DNA from: Octopus vulgaris
Taxonomy: Eukaryota
DNA length: 64,000 nucleotides
NCBI GenBank assembly: GCA_951406725.2
Contig: OX597818.1
Span: 32,550,001 to 32,614,000 of the forward strand
Reading direction: 5' to 3'
Numbering within the stretch: the stretch's first letter is position 1; each line of letters opens with the position of its first letter. Positions 26,851 through 42,052 of this stretch are shown here, one piece after another. Below the pieces are notes generated by a model. It saw nothing but the letters and a program-made list of their open reading frames with translations, was not told the DNA's origin and did no database searches. The position numbers and the translations under genes are program-made.

Positions 26851-27689
26851 AAAAAATATGATGTGTATGTATGTATGAGAGTGTGTCTGTTGATTTTCGA
26901 GGTCATTAATGAACCGTTATGCCGAAAGAAAATACCGCACCGTATTAAGTACCGTCTCAGTTTCCCCCAGTTTAATAAGGAGCCTATGTGATTCTAGATT
27001 TCATCCTTTTGCAATTAGATATCAGACTAAGTGCTGGGGTGGATGTAGTCTTCAGAAAACCCTTGAAGGTTTGTACCTCAACATGGCAGCAGTCCAGTGA
27101 ATGAAACCAATTATACATAATTACATTACGTCTTAATTTAAAACTGATTTCTTTTACTTTAGCTGATTACTCGATGTGGTTTATGCTTCTCCTCTGTAAG
27201 GTTTTCATCATATAGCTGGCAAAAACAGTCTCTGTCTTACCGCCACAAGGCTTAATTACATTTAAATGGGCCTGGTAGAAATAACGGATGTTATTGCCAG
27301 CACTGTAGCATAAACGGTTTTCGGGGACGTGGCCGCGTTACAATAATAATAAAAATAAAGTAAAATTAAATTTTCATTGGCACTACGCTTTTTCTCGAAG
27401 ATAAAGCTACGATTCATTGAATTAATTACACGTGATATTAGCATATAAGTGATACTGGATTTAGTTCATTCGAATTTTATTCTATCTCTATATAACGCTT
27501 AGCCACTGACGTAATTTACTAAGATATAGTACGTCATGTATTACTTGAACAAATTTAACGAAACAAAATTTTTGTTTCACGAAAGTTTATATTTGGAACC
27601 CAAAATTCTTTTGCCTTCTTTGTTTGTGTTCGTTGTTTTTATCATTATCTGTGCATATACATACATGCATACATACATACATACATTTT

Positions 27690-27902
27690 TTCAATATGTG
27701 ACCGCATGTGTATCGTTGGCGATTTTCTTTCTCCGTCTTCTCTTCCTTGGACTTTTTCTTTTTTTCTAGATTTCTGACGAAGAGCTCCGCTCGAAACGTT
27801 AAATCCTCCTTCTTTCTTTCCTTTCCTGAGCGTCCAATAAGACTACACTTGTTCCACGTCCTCACGTTATTGTGTTTTCTCTTTGTTCATTTTTGGATTA
27901 AA
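27690..27902 (+). mobile_element. Penelope-like repeat carrying the HHR, copy 2
   Basis: Shares ctccgtcttc...HHR...cctgagcgtccaataa...gttccacgtcctc...tttggatta with the other copies. Confidence 0.6.
27769..27805 (+). ncRNA. Minimal type-I hammerhead ribozyme motif (Penelope-type)
   Basis: GATTT-CTGACGA-A-GAGC-TCC-GCTC-GAAAC-GTT-AAATC. Stem I GATTT/AAATC, intact core, 4-bp stem II, and a loopless palindromic stem III (AACGTT). Confidence 0.75.
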
Positions 27903-27992
27903 TATACATACATACATACGTACGCACACACACACACACGCATACATACATGTTAAAATTACAAAGCAAACATAAAATCATTGTGAAATTCT

Positions 27993-28115
27993 CCGGATTC
28001 AATCCCACTGCGTGGCACCTTGGCTAAGAGTCTTCTGCCATAGCTTCGGGCCGACCAAAGCCTTGTGAGTGGATTTGATAGACGGAAACTGAAAGAAGCC
28101 CGTCGTATATATGTA

Positions 28116-28181
<66 letters not shown>

Positions 28182-28388
28182 TGTCTGTGTTTGCCTCCCT
28201 CCCCCCTCCCCAACATCGCTTGACAACCGATGCTAGTATGTTTACGTCCCCGTAACTTAACAGTTCGGCAAAGAGACCGATAGAATAAGTACTAGGCTTA
28301 CGAAGAGTAAGTCCTGGGGTCGATTTGCTCGACTAAAGGCGGTGCTCCAGCATGGCCGCAGTCAAATGACTGAAACAAGTAAAAGAGT
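27993..28388 (+). mobile_element. SINE family A, 5'-truncated
   Basis: Starts at the B-box and is complete to the tail. Confidence 0.85.
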
Positions 28389-28986
28389 TATCTGACTACT
28401 TTTTAAAGAATTATACTTTTGGGGGAAAATAAGAGAGAAACCATCCATTTACCTTATTAGCATAATGCTGGAAGCTCAAAAATATTTCTACTGAATAGTG
28501 CATAGAGATCCTGTATTATTTTTATCTAAAGATAATCTCAAATATCAACACACTAACAAAAGGTTAAGAAAATATATTTCGCATGTAACTGAAGAGATTC
28601 CCCTTAAAAGTAGCGATTTATCATTCATTATGCATTTTTCGGTTATCTGATTAATATACAGATGCTTACTGCCAGAATACAAGACATTTTCAAAAGCCAG
28701 TGTTGTAGAAACAAGATAATATAAATTTTTTCCACAGTGCTAATTCAGTTTATGATTCTTATCCTAAAGCACACTATACACTTGGCTATGTACTGGTTAT
28801 GAAAAAACAGGAACATTGGAAGTACACGAGAAGCTGTTTGTAAGTCACAATATTTTGTAAAGACATGGAAAATGATAGTCGTTTGAAACAATAACTGTGA
28901 TGTTGCCTATATCTACGATAACACAGAACGAAAACTTATAGAGGCAGTGATTCTAATGCTAATTAGCCATAATCATGTCTTTATTC

Positions 28987-29152
28987 AGAAGCTGCCGGAC
29001 GAGATAGTGAAGATGCCGATGACCGCTCGGTTCAAAGTCTCTCTTGACCAGAAATGGCCTGAACCCTTTGCAGGAACACCCTTCCTGTACATAACTTCAT
29101 GTCCCCCTACATGGCCTTGCTTTTGCTTTTTGAGCCAAAAACTTAACTTAAA
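28987..29152 (+). mobile_element. CR1/L2-clade LINE 3' end remnant
   Basis: KLPDEIVKMPMTARFKVSLDQKW matches the clade's C-terminal (WN)xLPxxVVxxxxxxxFKxxLD motif. Followed by a short UTR ending in (ACTTA)n. Confidence 0.65.
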
Positions 29153-30064
29153 AATTCTGTTTTGATACATGTGGTCTATGTTTGAGAAAATTACTATGGC
29201 ACATATAAGGGAAGACAAAGTTTAGGTAGGACCGCTTGAAATAGCCACTTTATAAGAATATAAGAATGATAGACTAAATCAAAGAGAAGGGGAAATCGAA
29301 TATTAAGAGAGTATAAAATAAAGAAAGATATTAAATAAGAGAGATCGGGTGAAATAGTTTAGATGATAATGAGTGAAAGATGTGTGATGTCTTGAAGCTA
29401 TTCATAACGTTCGATCTTAGCTTATTTCTTACTGTATTGCAATATATAACCTTCTGTCAATGTTTGCTATCAATATGGCATTCGTGTGGAGATAGATTAT
29501 AACTTCTGTCGCTGCTGGTGGTAATTTGGCGTCAGTCCAAGACCTCCATATTAAATCAGAGTTCAGACATTATGTTTTCATTCTCTTTTCTTTTTAAAGC
29601 AAATCATTTTACCCCCAAACAAATTCAAAGTATATTTCTGAATTCTTTATCTTAGAATTGAAAACTTTTAATGAGAACTGTGTTAGCATAAGAAAATTAT
29701 ATAATATAATAATAATTGTCTGACAGCAATAATTTATGGAATATATTACAGCTGTGTGAATATTATTAGTTCTTGGGTTTAATTTGATTTATTAACTTTT
29801 TAAAATACATTTCTGTCTTATATGAATAGATTATTATAAAGACACTCCAGGCATGATCACCAAATATTTTTTCAGACATAGTATATCTACGATTATTTTG
29901 GCCAATATATCCTCCATATATCTAAGGAACCATTAAAAGGAGTTCGACTGTTATTTCTAAGTGGTTGAGCCAGTACTTAAGCTGGCTTACTTTCATAAAA
30001 AAATGAAGAAGAAAGAAGAAAATGATTCGACATATTATTATTTATCCTTTCCAGTGCACATAAG

Positions 30065-30280
30065 TATCCTTTCTACTAAAAGCACAAGGCCTGAAATTTG
30101 TGGGGAGGGTACTAGTCGATGACACTGACCCCAGTGTTTCACTGGTACTTAATTTATCGACTCTGAAAGGATGAAAGTCAAAGTCGACCTCGGCAGAATT
30201 TGAACTCAGAACGTAGCGGCAGTCGAAATACCTAATCATTTCGCCCGGCGTGCTAACGATTCTGCCAGCACATCGCCTTC
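30065..30280 (-). mobile_element. SINE family B, alternative tail subtype
   Basis: Homology to family B. Flanks cagtgcacataa and cagtgcacttaa are a probable TSD. Confidence 0.85.
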
Positions 30281-30327
30281 AGTGCACTTAAATATATAGC
30301 TGATTCTACGGTTCATTTAATTGGAAA

Positions 30328-30590
30328 TCTATTATATAAAATCCGTTCTGTCTGTCTGTGTGTGTGTCTTCTAGGATCTCGAGCATCCTCCATCCGATTG
30401 CGCTCAAATTTGATATGTAGATACCGACGGTATCAAGGCGTGTATAAGTCTTGAAAAATTACAAAAATCGATTTCAGGTGAAAATGCGATCGATAAAGCC
30501 GTGGGAACGTGCATTTGTACGCGCAAGTACATCAGCTCTTGCGATCGATAATACGCGTACGCGAGAAAAATGCACGGTGTCTCAAATTTA
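30328..30590 (+). mobile_element. Helitron-like 5' portion
   Basis: A|TCTATTATATAAAATCCG, then (TCTG)n/(TG)n and ccgattgcgctcaaattt. Same layout as the 22459 element; 3' end not seen. Confidence 0.55.
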
Positions 30591-30789
30591 GGTTAAATCG
30601 GTGTTTCTCAAAGGGGGTGCCTATGGGACGGTCGGACAAGTTGTTTTGAGAAAATTTGGTTTAAATGTTTGACAACTCAGCACCATTGGACGGGGGGGGG
30701 ACGTTTTGTTATAGATTTTAAAAATTCTCTTTGATAGAACGATCCGAAATTTCGTTTCAGTAACAGTTTTTAACTCGCATATCAAATGT

Positions 30790-30975
30790 GTGTGTACATT
30801 TACATTTATACCCATAACTATTGGCACACTTCGTAATGCTACTAAATATCTGAGAAAAACAAATTATAAAAAAATGGGATTTCAAGGCAAAGAAAGTGAC
30901 CAACTAATTGATATGCACTTTGCAAATCCCATCTGCAAGTGCAGTAAAATGTGCAAATTTTTTTTGCAGAATTCA
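30790..30975 (+). mobile_element. Remnant of a restriction-like-endonuclease non-LTR element C-terminus (R4/NeSL-like)
   Basis: FTFIPITIGTL...KMGF...LI and, frameshifted, VKMCKFFL resemble the PIxIGxLG...KxCKxFL end of such ORFs. Confidence 0.45.
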
Positions 30976-31832
30976 GCGCATGTAAATCTCAGCCATTGTT
31001 ATGCAAATTTTAAGCGACGACCATAATTTCTTCGCTACATAGCAATCTCTTCTTTGTAGGAAGTATTCAAATGATTAAAACAGAAAGGTACCGTACATAC
31101 GTCCATTCGCTCACGTATACACAGAATCATCCACATACAGACTCACGTACATACTTACACACAGGTTTGTAGATCGTAGAGAGAGAGACTTCAAAGTGTT
31201 AGATGGTATTGTTTGGTGTAAGCATTGCAAAACTTAATCCCTGCGTAGTGTGTAAGAGCATCAGCAACTCAAAGAACCTGGCGAACAATTACAAAGGAAA
31301 TAACAAAAAGTAAAGCAAAAGGAAGAAAAGAAAAATTTGGATCCAGTGTCTTGTAACATCAAAGGCTACTGAAGCCCACCACGAAAGAAAAATATACTGA
31401 GCTCGTTGTAACGAGAAAATTAAGGAGAGCTGCGCTTAGTCTGTGACTGCTTACTTGTTCTTAGATAAATCAAACTATTGGTAAGGAGCATCACAGACAG
31501 TATTCTTCCAAGTAGATAAAGAATTGGCATAAAGCAAGAGACCCACAGATGGGTCACATGGTATGAACAATAACATGAGGAAATGTTAAGGAAATAGTAA
31601 GAGCATCAGAATATACCCTTATTTTATACCCCACCCCCTAAAATAAATAAACATGTGGGAATTATACTAATGTCTTTTATCATTTACTATTTAAACTATT
31701 CAAGCACCAACAGCGGTGGGTTGGACTACGAGGATGCAATGGCGACGGTGATGGCGTGGTGGTCTTCGGGAATGTTGTAGTTTATCACCAAGACAACTCT
31801 GATCGATAAGACATTAAGTTTTAAAATATTCC

Positions 31833-32231
31833 GAGTGTGGCTGTGTGGTAAGTAGCTTGCTAACTAACCAACCACATAGTTCCGGGTTCAGTCCCACTGC
31901 GTGGCATCTTGAGCAAGTGTCTTCTGCTATAGCCCCGGGCCGACCAATGCCTTGTGAGTGGATTTGGTAGACGGAAACTGAAAGAAGCCTGTCGCATATA
32001 TGTATATGTATGTGTGTGTTTGTGTGTCTGTGTTTGTCCCCCTAGCATTGCTTGACAACCGATGCTGGTGTGTTTAAGTCCCCGTCACTTAACGGTTCGG
32101 CAAAAGAGACCGATAGAATAAGTACTGGGCTTACAAAGAATAAGTCCCGGGGTCGAGTTGCTCGACTAAAGGCGGTGCTCCAGCATGGCCGCTGTCAAAA
32201 TGACTGAAACAAGTAAAAGAGTAAAAAGAGT
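31833..32231 (+). mobile_element. SINE family A
   Basis: Homology to 17870-18285. Confidence 0.9.
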
Positions 32232-32587
32232 ATGGTAATCCTGTCTTTTTTCGGAATACCTACTCAGAAAGTTTTTCTTTTCCTGTGAGAGGTGGGTGTG
32301 TGATTTGAAAGTAGTCGATTTTTAGTTAACCGATTTAATTCGGAGAGTCTCTTTTCTTTATTCGATGGTGATAGTCATAACGAGAAAGAGAAAGAAGGAA
32401 AAGGAGGAGGGGTAATGGCGATGATAACGGGAATGATGGAATGAAGACGAGAAAATTATATTATTGCTTGCAATATTTTTTCTGAAAATTTGTTTTTTGT
32501 TTGGGAGTTGAATCCATTCTATTGCCTGTGTGACTTATAATTTACTGATGCTTCTACCACCCACCCCACACCACCCCGAATATAATA

Positions 32588-32755
32588 TTCTTTTCTACTC
32601 TAGGTACAAGACCCGAAATTTTGGGGGAGGGGGCCAGGCGAATAGATCGACCCCCAGTATATAACTGGCACTTAATTTATCGACCTCGAAAGGATTAAAT
32701 GCAAAGTCGACCTCGGCGGAATTTGAACTCAGAACACGAAGACAGACGAAATACG
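32588..32755 (-). mobile_element. SINE family B, partial
   Basis: Homology to family B. Confidence 0.8.
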
Positions 32756-33977
32756 TGATTACTGATCATCTCGCTTCAGTCTGCCACTAAGTACTAATCA
32801 TACTGACTCAAAGAGTGGTACTCGTCTTGTACAATCGTTTATTACAATAATTCCACGATGTACAGTCGTCTCTTTAGAGTGACCTCAATTGTCTTTCAAT
32901 CTACTGAAAATCCTATGATGACATACATAGAACTAATCAGCTGGAAACGCATTGAATGTTTAATTTAGTATTTAGCAGACATGCTTTGCACAGACAGGTT
33001 TCTATAAATGTAACCCGGTTGGGAATCGTACCAATAAATTGTGTCCGCACTGACGAAGCAGTATGATGAAGGGTGTATATCTACTTTTGAGATGTGTGTG
33101 TGCGTGTATATATATATATATATATACATGTGTGTGTATGTATGTATATGTTGCAATGGGTTCATCTCCCTCTCTCTCTTTCTCTCTAGAGTGAGAGAAA
33201 GAAATCAAACCTCCTCATTAATCCAGTTCTAAGTAAACAACATTTGAAAAAAATAAAGGATGGTCATAGCTGGAACTCCTTTGATAATATCTATGGCTGA
33301 TAAGGGACGACCTGGATTAAATAATACCAAATAACGTGTTATTGCTTCTATATTATTTTTTCCTTAACACAGAAAGAAGAAAAAAAATAATAAATCACAA
33401 AAAGAAGACAGATAGCTACATAAAAACAATTAAGCAAGGAAACCGCATAAAACGGTACATAAATACGTAAAGGGGTGGGACTAACATCTTAAGAGTAGAC
33501 GACAAAAGAAAATACTAGAAAGGGCGTTGAATAAACTATTAGACGTTTGCACTCTGGGAATATATATTCGTTGCTAGAAGAAATGGTTTTGATCGTAGCT
33601 AGACGAAATGGTTTTGATGAACACTTCTATGATGATATCTTCGCAAATTTCTTAGACAAGATGGCTTCTTTTCATCATCAAAATATTTCTTGATACCCAC
33701 TGGAATATAATACCAATTTTGGAATCTAGATAGCTGAATGCTAAAGAGAATTACGAATGAAAGAATTGTCTTCAACATAAAACATATGGACTGCATTTTG
33801 AAAGACTACTTCTGTCGTCTTGTTTTTGTTCCTATCTAAGATATCATACACACAAACATACATAAAGCATGTTTTGTTGTTTTTTTTCCTTGTAGAAAGT
33901 ATTTTTCGGGATATATTTACAGGTCTAGAATTGTCTATGTATCTATAGGAATGTGTAGATGTTACGTATATGTAGCC

Positions 33978-34026
<49 letters not shown>

Positions 34027-34127
34027 ACAAATAATGTTCGTAGCCACTTCAACATGGCTCTCCGTTCGAACGGACTTTACAGCAATTTTTTAACCCCGAG
34101 AAGACATCTCTAGCTGGTTATTGGCGC

Positions 34128-34142
34128 ATATATATATGATGC

Positions 34143-34218
<76 letters not shown>

Positions 34219-34310
34219 GTATATGTATGTATATATATATATATGTATATGTATGTATATATATATATATGTATATGTATGTATATATATATGTATATAT
34301 ATGTATGTAT

Positions 34311-34348
<38 letters not shown>

Positions 34349-34380
34349 GTATGTATATATATATGTATTATATATATGTG

Positions 34381-34430
<50 letters not shown>

Positions 34431-34604
34431 TATATGTATGTATATATATGAATATATATATGTATGTATATATATATATGTATTATATATATGTGTATAT
34501 ATGTATGTATATATATATGTATGTATATATATGTATACATATATATATGTATGTATATATATGTATATATATATATATATGTATATATATGTGTATATAT
34601 ATAT
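34128..34604. repeat. (TA)n/(TATG)n microsatellite
   Basis: Seen directly. Confidence 0.95.
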
Positions 34605-34677
34605 TTACGTCTATTTAGCTTATCTAGCTGGTCCTCTCATCTTGCGCGCGTGCTCGCGTGTATACGCACACGCAGAA

Positions 34678-34724
<47 letters not shown>

Positions 34725-35278
34725 CATATAAGTGTGTGTTTGTATATCAAAATCGCTTTCTTTGAGTATTGTAGAATTAAGAAAGAGAAATTTACGTTTA
34801 CCTTATTCAAAAAGCATCTACATACCTTATCGTTGAAATTTAAATGATACTCGAGACGTTGTGCGGCGGGGAGGACACAAGATTATCGCTACTTAAATGC
34901 CAGTTTCCATATGATAAATTGCTTCTCATATAAACTCTCTTATTAGCCAATTATTAAACGAATCCCATTCTACGTTTTGGTACTAGTGGATTATATCCTA
35001 CATCAGTATTTACCGGGATCTATTGGATTTCAGCAATTTTCACTCAAATAAATTTCACCAAATTGGCATTATAGGCTTAACGATACATGTGAAGATTAAT
35101 TCTAAAAAGCCTGAAGGATCTGCATTTCTTAACTACGCTGCGACTGTTTTTGGTTTCGTTCGTCTCTCGTATCCCTATAAATCAATTATGTAGGATCATA
35201 CGCATACTACGAAACGCACAAAACCATATGTGCCCGCATTTATACTTAGGCACGAATAAATATGTCTTTGAATGTATG

Positions 35279-35312
<34 letters not shown>

Positions 35313-35581
35313 CGTGTGTATTTGTATATCAATCTCGCTTTCTCCATGAAAGTAAAGCGTGCGAGGCATTCCTAAACGTAAAACAATATGCTAATAACAG
35401 ATTGGATTATCTTAATATAAAGCTGGCAATATTTTGTGAGTCAGGCTGAAAGAGGATACATACGTGCTCTACGTAAGACTACGTGCGTTATATGGTTTGA
35501 GTTTTGAAATTGCATGCACAGGATTATACATCCTATGTGTGTTTCTGTTTGTGTGTATGCATATAAATATATATGCGTGTG

Positions 35582-36502
<921 letters not shown>

Positions 36503-36645
36503 TTATGCTGTTAAAATCTCATATCTATTGGTATGCTTTTCTAGGTGAAGTGATATGTTATGCGTAGGTGGTAGTATCTATATTTCAGGAATTTTAATTA
36601 ATATTTCATTTATACGTATCGCAATATTTATTGGAAATTGTATAC

Positions 36646-36676
<31 letters not shown>

Positions 36677-36953
36677 AGTATATAAAACATTCCACAACGA
36701 TGCAATACGAGGCACATTTTTCTTTAATATGGTATAGCATATTATATTTACCGCTTTATTTTTATCCCCAAGAGATGAATATCGTAACATCAAATTAGTT
36801 GTAATCTCACAATTATTGGTTGAACCCTTTGAAGGGAATTACATTTTGATTACGAAGACTTAAACGCTGCTTTGTTGAAGTGGTTTGAATAACTTGGCAA
36901 TATATTTAGTATGCATACGTGCATCTATAGATATACACAAACATACATATCTA

Positions 36954-37008
<55 letters not shown>

Positions 37009-37064
37009 ACAAATATATGCACACACAAACACATATAGAGACAGAGGGAGAGAAAGAGAGAGAA

Positions 37065-37281
37065 ACGTACTTGCATAGCAAGTGACCAGATCTGAGATCG
37101 TGTGCTGAATCAAAAACAATTGCAACGTGGAATGTGTTCATAAGCCATTTAAAAACACACAAAAACCGTTAGATTCGCTTCAGCATTTAAATTTAATTTG
37201 TCAAAGTATTTTCGTCGCTTTGAGACAGCGACCTGATTCACTGACAAAATGCAGCACAGAATTTTGTCAGTGATCTGGTCG
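37065..37281 (-). mobile_element. Second copy of the foldback family; right arm cut short by SINE-A
   Basis: Homologous to the 59.85-60.2 kb element. Centre reads cactgacaaaat-gcagcacaga-attttgtcagtg. Confidence 0.7.
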
Positions 37282-37283
37282 AA

Positions 37284-37503
37284 GGATTGGCTGTGTGGTT
37301 AAGTAGCTTGCTTACCAGCCACATGTTTCCGGGTTCATTCCCACTGCGTGGTACCTTGGGCATGTGTCTTTTACTATAGCCTCGGGCCGACCAAAACCTT
37401 GTGAGTGGATTTGTTAGACAGAAACTGAAAGAAGCCTGTCGTATATATATATATATATATATAAGCATGTGTGTTTATGTTTCTGTCTGTGTTTGCTCCC
37501 CCC
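37284..37503 (+). mobile_element. SINE family A, 5' half
   Basis: Head through the microsatellite. Abuts the foldback element. Confidence 0.85.
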
Positions 37504-37963
37504 ACCTACATTTCTCTATTGGCGAGGAATCTTGAAATAAACTGAATAATGACGTACATGCACACTCTAAATTCATGTGGGTGGTATCTTCAGTTCCGAA
37601 AACTAAATTCTTTTATCACTGAATAATGATATTATTGAAGATGCAAGACATCAACCTACATTTGTGAGTCGCTTCTTTCTCTAAAATGAAAAACTTACTT
37701 GATTTAATCATTAAATCAAAAATTCCTTTAATGAAAACGGAATTAGAATTTCATTAAGTTAGAAAGATAAAAGCTATAAATACAAGCATCAAATATGTTT
37801 AAATTCTGTGAATCCAAATAAGATTATTTTTCTTTGAATTTAAAACTTTTTGTTAAGTTTCCTAATTATAATACCCCAGTTTTTTTACTTGAGTTTTCAA
37901 TGAAACAATGTTAGAATTTGTATACTGTTAGAAGCCACAAAATATTCTATTTATTATATTTTG

Positions 37964-38019
<56 letters not shown>

Positions 38020-38300
38020 TAATTATAATAATGATGATGATGATAACAACTGTAAATGAAGTAAAGAATTTGTGCTTTCTAATTTCAATAAGCTCTCACT
38101 AATTCTCATAAAGTATTTCTACTCCTATTACTTATTTCTACATTCTTCCATTGATCTTTCTTATGTTTCTTGAGAATTTTCTATTCCTATGTCTTAAGAT
38201 ACGTACGTTTATACACACGTCTATTTGCAAACACGTGCTGCAGTCTCGCTTGCATCAGCATGTATGCTACTGTGTTTGTATGTCTGTGCATGGGCATATA

Positions 38301-38538
38301 TGTTTCTTAATTACCCACAAGGGGCTAATGAAAAACATAGAGGGGACAAACAAGGACAGACAAACGGATTAAGACGATTACATCGACCCCAGTGCTTAAC
38401 TGGTACTTAATTTATCGACCCCGAAAAGATGTAAGGCAAAGTCGACCTCGGCGGAATTTGAACTCAGAATGTAACGGCAGACGAAATACGGCTACGCATT
38501 TCGCCCGGCGTGCTAACGGTTCTGCCAGCTCGCCGCCC
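38301..38538 (-). mobile_element. SINE family B, full length
   Basis: TSD tgtgcatgggcatata at 38285-300 and 38539-554. Confidence 0.9.
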
Positions 38539-39264
38539 TGTGCATGGGCATATAGTTTAGAAGATCTCTTCGCAATCTTATAGTTTCGGGTTCATTTCCT
38601 CTTGATTAAATGTCTTCTACCTTTCATGGTACCGCATCTACCAAAGGCTCTAAACTGTATACATGTTCCCAAGCACATGTTTCGGAACTAGTGCTCAAAG
38701 GATATTAATGTACGTACAAAGAATAAACGTGAGCACCGAAGGTTTGTTATCTAAAGCAGCATGATAATTAATAATTGTGCTTATACATTCAATGTGATTT
38801 TGCTTTTGTCATAGGAAATATTTTACACAACACAAGCGCAAGTGTTTAAGTATGTATATCTATATGTAATCACACCCCTCCCCCATACATATATATACTG
38901 AGAAAGAGAGAGCGATAAACAATGTCATGCCTTTTGTAAGTCTGTACAAGTCGACATTTAGTAATGAATTCTTTCCTTGTATTATCGTGTCTTACATAGC
39001 AGAAAATAAACGGCTGCAAGGTAAGACACAGGGAATGCTAAGAGCGAGGGTTCTAAAAATGTCAAAATAATGGAAGGAGATGAAGTGAAAATAAAGTCAG
39101 ACTGCAAAACATATTGTTCTTCTTCAAGAGAATTAAATAAATTATAATCTCTCTGCTTGAAATCAATGGTTGACGTGCTACACGTGATTTTCTCTAATCA
39201 TTCTCTGTCTCTCTCTCTCTTTCCACCTCTCTTTTTTCTTAGCTCTTTTATATGTCATAAATAT

Positions 39265-39284
39265 ACTGAAAGAAGCCCGTCGTA

Positions 39285-39327
<43 letters not shown>

Positions 39328-39530
39328 ATGTATATATGTTTGTGTGTCTGTATTTGTCCCTCCCCCTCCAACGTCGCTTGACAACCGATCCTGGTGTGTT
39401 TGCGTCCCCATAACTTATAGCGGTTGGGCAAAAGAGCCCGATAGAATAAGTACTAGGCTTACAAAGAATAAGTCCTGGGGTCGATTTGCTCGACTACAGG
39501 CGGTCAAATGACTGAAAACAAGTAAAGAAT
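39265..39530 (+). mobile_element. SINE family A, 3' half
   Basis: Runs from actgaaagaagcccgtcg to the tail. Confidence 0.85.
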
Positions 39531-40337
39531 AATCCATTTATTAATCACGAAATATAACATAATTGCAAATACATAAAATGATGTGTGAGCTTGCTGTGAG
39601 GAGCGAGTCTCTGATATTTTGTAGTGCAATCACAACTTTAGAAAACTCTTTCGATTTATCCGCGCTCCCCAAGGAAGCATATTAATTCTTTTCTATAAAG
39701 CTTTACACGTCATCACTGCAAATCACTTCTGATTTCAACATGCTTGTTTCACATATTTTATTTTCGATGGTTCATTTTTTTTTTTTTTTTTGTCGCCAAT
39801 CAGGTTTTCCCATATTTTTTTTTTTTTTACTTAAATTTTTCTTCCTTCATTCTTTTGCGCGACGAGTATCGTAAAAATTTTAACAAACCACAATTTTACA
39901 AGATATTCAAGACACAAAGACATCAATGCAGAATTAGGCTGACACAGTTGTCGTCTTGTCTATATCACAGATTAAAATATACCGTGCTCAAAGACTACTT
40001 AAATGTACCAGTATTTTCTTGTTTAATGATCATTTTTTTAAAATTTCTATCTACACACAACTTATTTTTTCTTGGAATTTTCCTTGCATTATTTGTCAAG
40101 CAAGAGAAAAAAATTCACTGAATTGAGTTGACGCTTGTAATCCTATTCACGAATAGCATTTGATAGAATGTTGTTCTCTTTTTTTCTAAGTTTTGTCTTT
40201 ATTTTCATTTGTCTGGTAAATATTTTCCAGTTTTAGCTGGAGATTTGCGGATTAATATCATTATCCATACATAATACAAAAGAAAGAACACATACGAATA
40301 TTTAAAGGCATACAAACTTTCTCTCTCTCTCTCAAAG

Positions 40338-40376
<39 letters not shown>

Positions 40377-40599
40377 CCGATGTATAAGACCGTTAGTGTT
40401 ATGGGAAGTAAGTGAAAATAAAAAGACTTCAGAAAATATATAAGCTGAAACAACAATGCATCTTTTTTCGACTGTTTTTCAGTGAAAATTTTCTAACATT
40501 TACTAAACAAACGAATGCTTATTTTACTTCATTTTTCTTAACGGCGTTCTTCGCTTTTCCCTTCTGCACGCCCGCGCGCGCGTCTATTTGTACACACTT

Positions 40600-40855
40600 T
40601 TATATATAATACATATGTATGTATGTATTTGTACATATGTATGTATACATGTAGGTATCTGTCTATCTATATATGTGTGTATATATGTATATATATATAT
40701 GGAAATATATATGTATATGTATATATATACATATAAACATATATATATATGGAAATATATATGTATAGGAATATATATACATATATATATATATATGTGT
40801 GTGTATATATATATTTATATATATATATATTTGTGTGTATATGTAAATGTATATA

Positions 40856-40888
<33 letters not shown>

Positions 40889-40938
40889 GCATATGTGTGT
40901 GTGTCTATGCATATATATATATATATATATGCATGTAT
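40600..40938. repeat. TA/TG compound microsatellite
   Basis: Seen directly. Confidence 0.9.
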
Positions 40939-41361
40939 TACAAAATATAAGACAAATTTGTTGTAGTTTCAAACCTTTCACAATGGAGCTTCAAACCATG
41001 TGTGATTACATCTTATTCGCTTTGTACGCAAGAATATAAAGGTAGTTGTCCTGCCGTATTTCAAAATTCGTTGATCAATCAATAGACTCAAGTAGCATTT
41101 CACGTCTCTGCCTACGAAAAGAACTTATAACTAATCAGTATTTAAATCATGCGCAAATTAGAATTCTAGTGCAATGATTAAAAAATTAATGAATTACTAA
41201 TTACAAATAACGTGTTAGAAAACAGAAAGTATATTCACTGCATTTGTTGAACTGAATCGAGTTTAAATTTTGATAGCGAAAGTTTTAAAAAAATATGCGC
41301 CTATCTGCGTTAAATTTATCTACGCTTTTCTGCGATTAAAGTTTTCTGAGAGAAGATATAA

Positions 41362-41541
41362 TCTTTTCTACTCTTGGCACAAGGATCGAAATTTTGGAGG
41401 AGGGGGTGCCAGTCGATTAGATCGACCCCAGTATGCAACTGGTACTTAAATTATCGACCCCGAAAGGATGAAAAGCAACGTCGACCCCGATGGAATTTGA
41501 ACTCAACGTAAAGGCAGACGAAATACCGCAAAGCTTTTCGC
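41362..41541 (-). mobile_element. SINE family B, partial
   Basis: Homology to family B. Confidence 0.8.
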
Positions 41542-41885
41542 TTTGAAAACCTCTCATCATGGAAGCGTCTTCTTACACACACACACACACACACACGTAG
41601 TCACATAAGCTTACATACACATCTTTTTACTGTCAAGTACATCCTCAGTAGTATCCTTTTTTGTCAAGACGGGCTTTGCTTGTTTTTCCTCCTAACTTTG
41701 AAGGCGATGCTCCAGCATGGCCATAACTCAGTGACTGAAACCATTACGAAAAATTAAAGAATATGGAATAAACTGTATTTTCTCACAATTTTTTTACCCC
41801 TTTATCATTTCACCTGTTGTATTGAGTGTCTACGAATCTGTGTTCAAAATTCGCTTACACGTGATTTCTCTCTAATTTTTTTAAG

Positions 41886-42052
41886 GTGGTTAAATAGAAA
41901 CAACATGCCAATTGGTGAAATGGGTATGATTCGAGTGGAAGACAGTACTCTTGTTTTCGAAGATCCAGAAGAAATTGATACAGGCAACTATACATGTATA
42001 ATGAGTAACTCTGCTGGCGAGAAAAAACAAAACATCTGGATCATGATTTCAG
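41886..42052 (+). CDS. PTK7: PTK7-like exon, C-terminal half of ~Ig4: WLNRNNMPIGEMGMIRVEDSTLVFEDPEEIDTGNYTCIMSNSAGEKKQNIWIMIS
   Basis: T-rich tract plus AG at 41884-85 and G/gtaat donor. Ig Trp and DTGNYTC..N.AG motif. 167 nt, phase 2 to 1. Confidence 0.92.
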
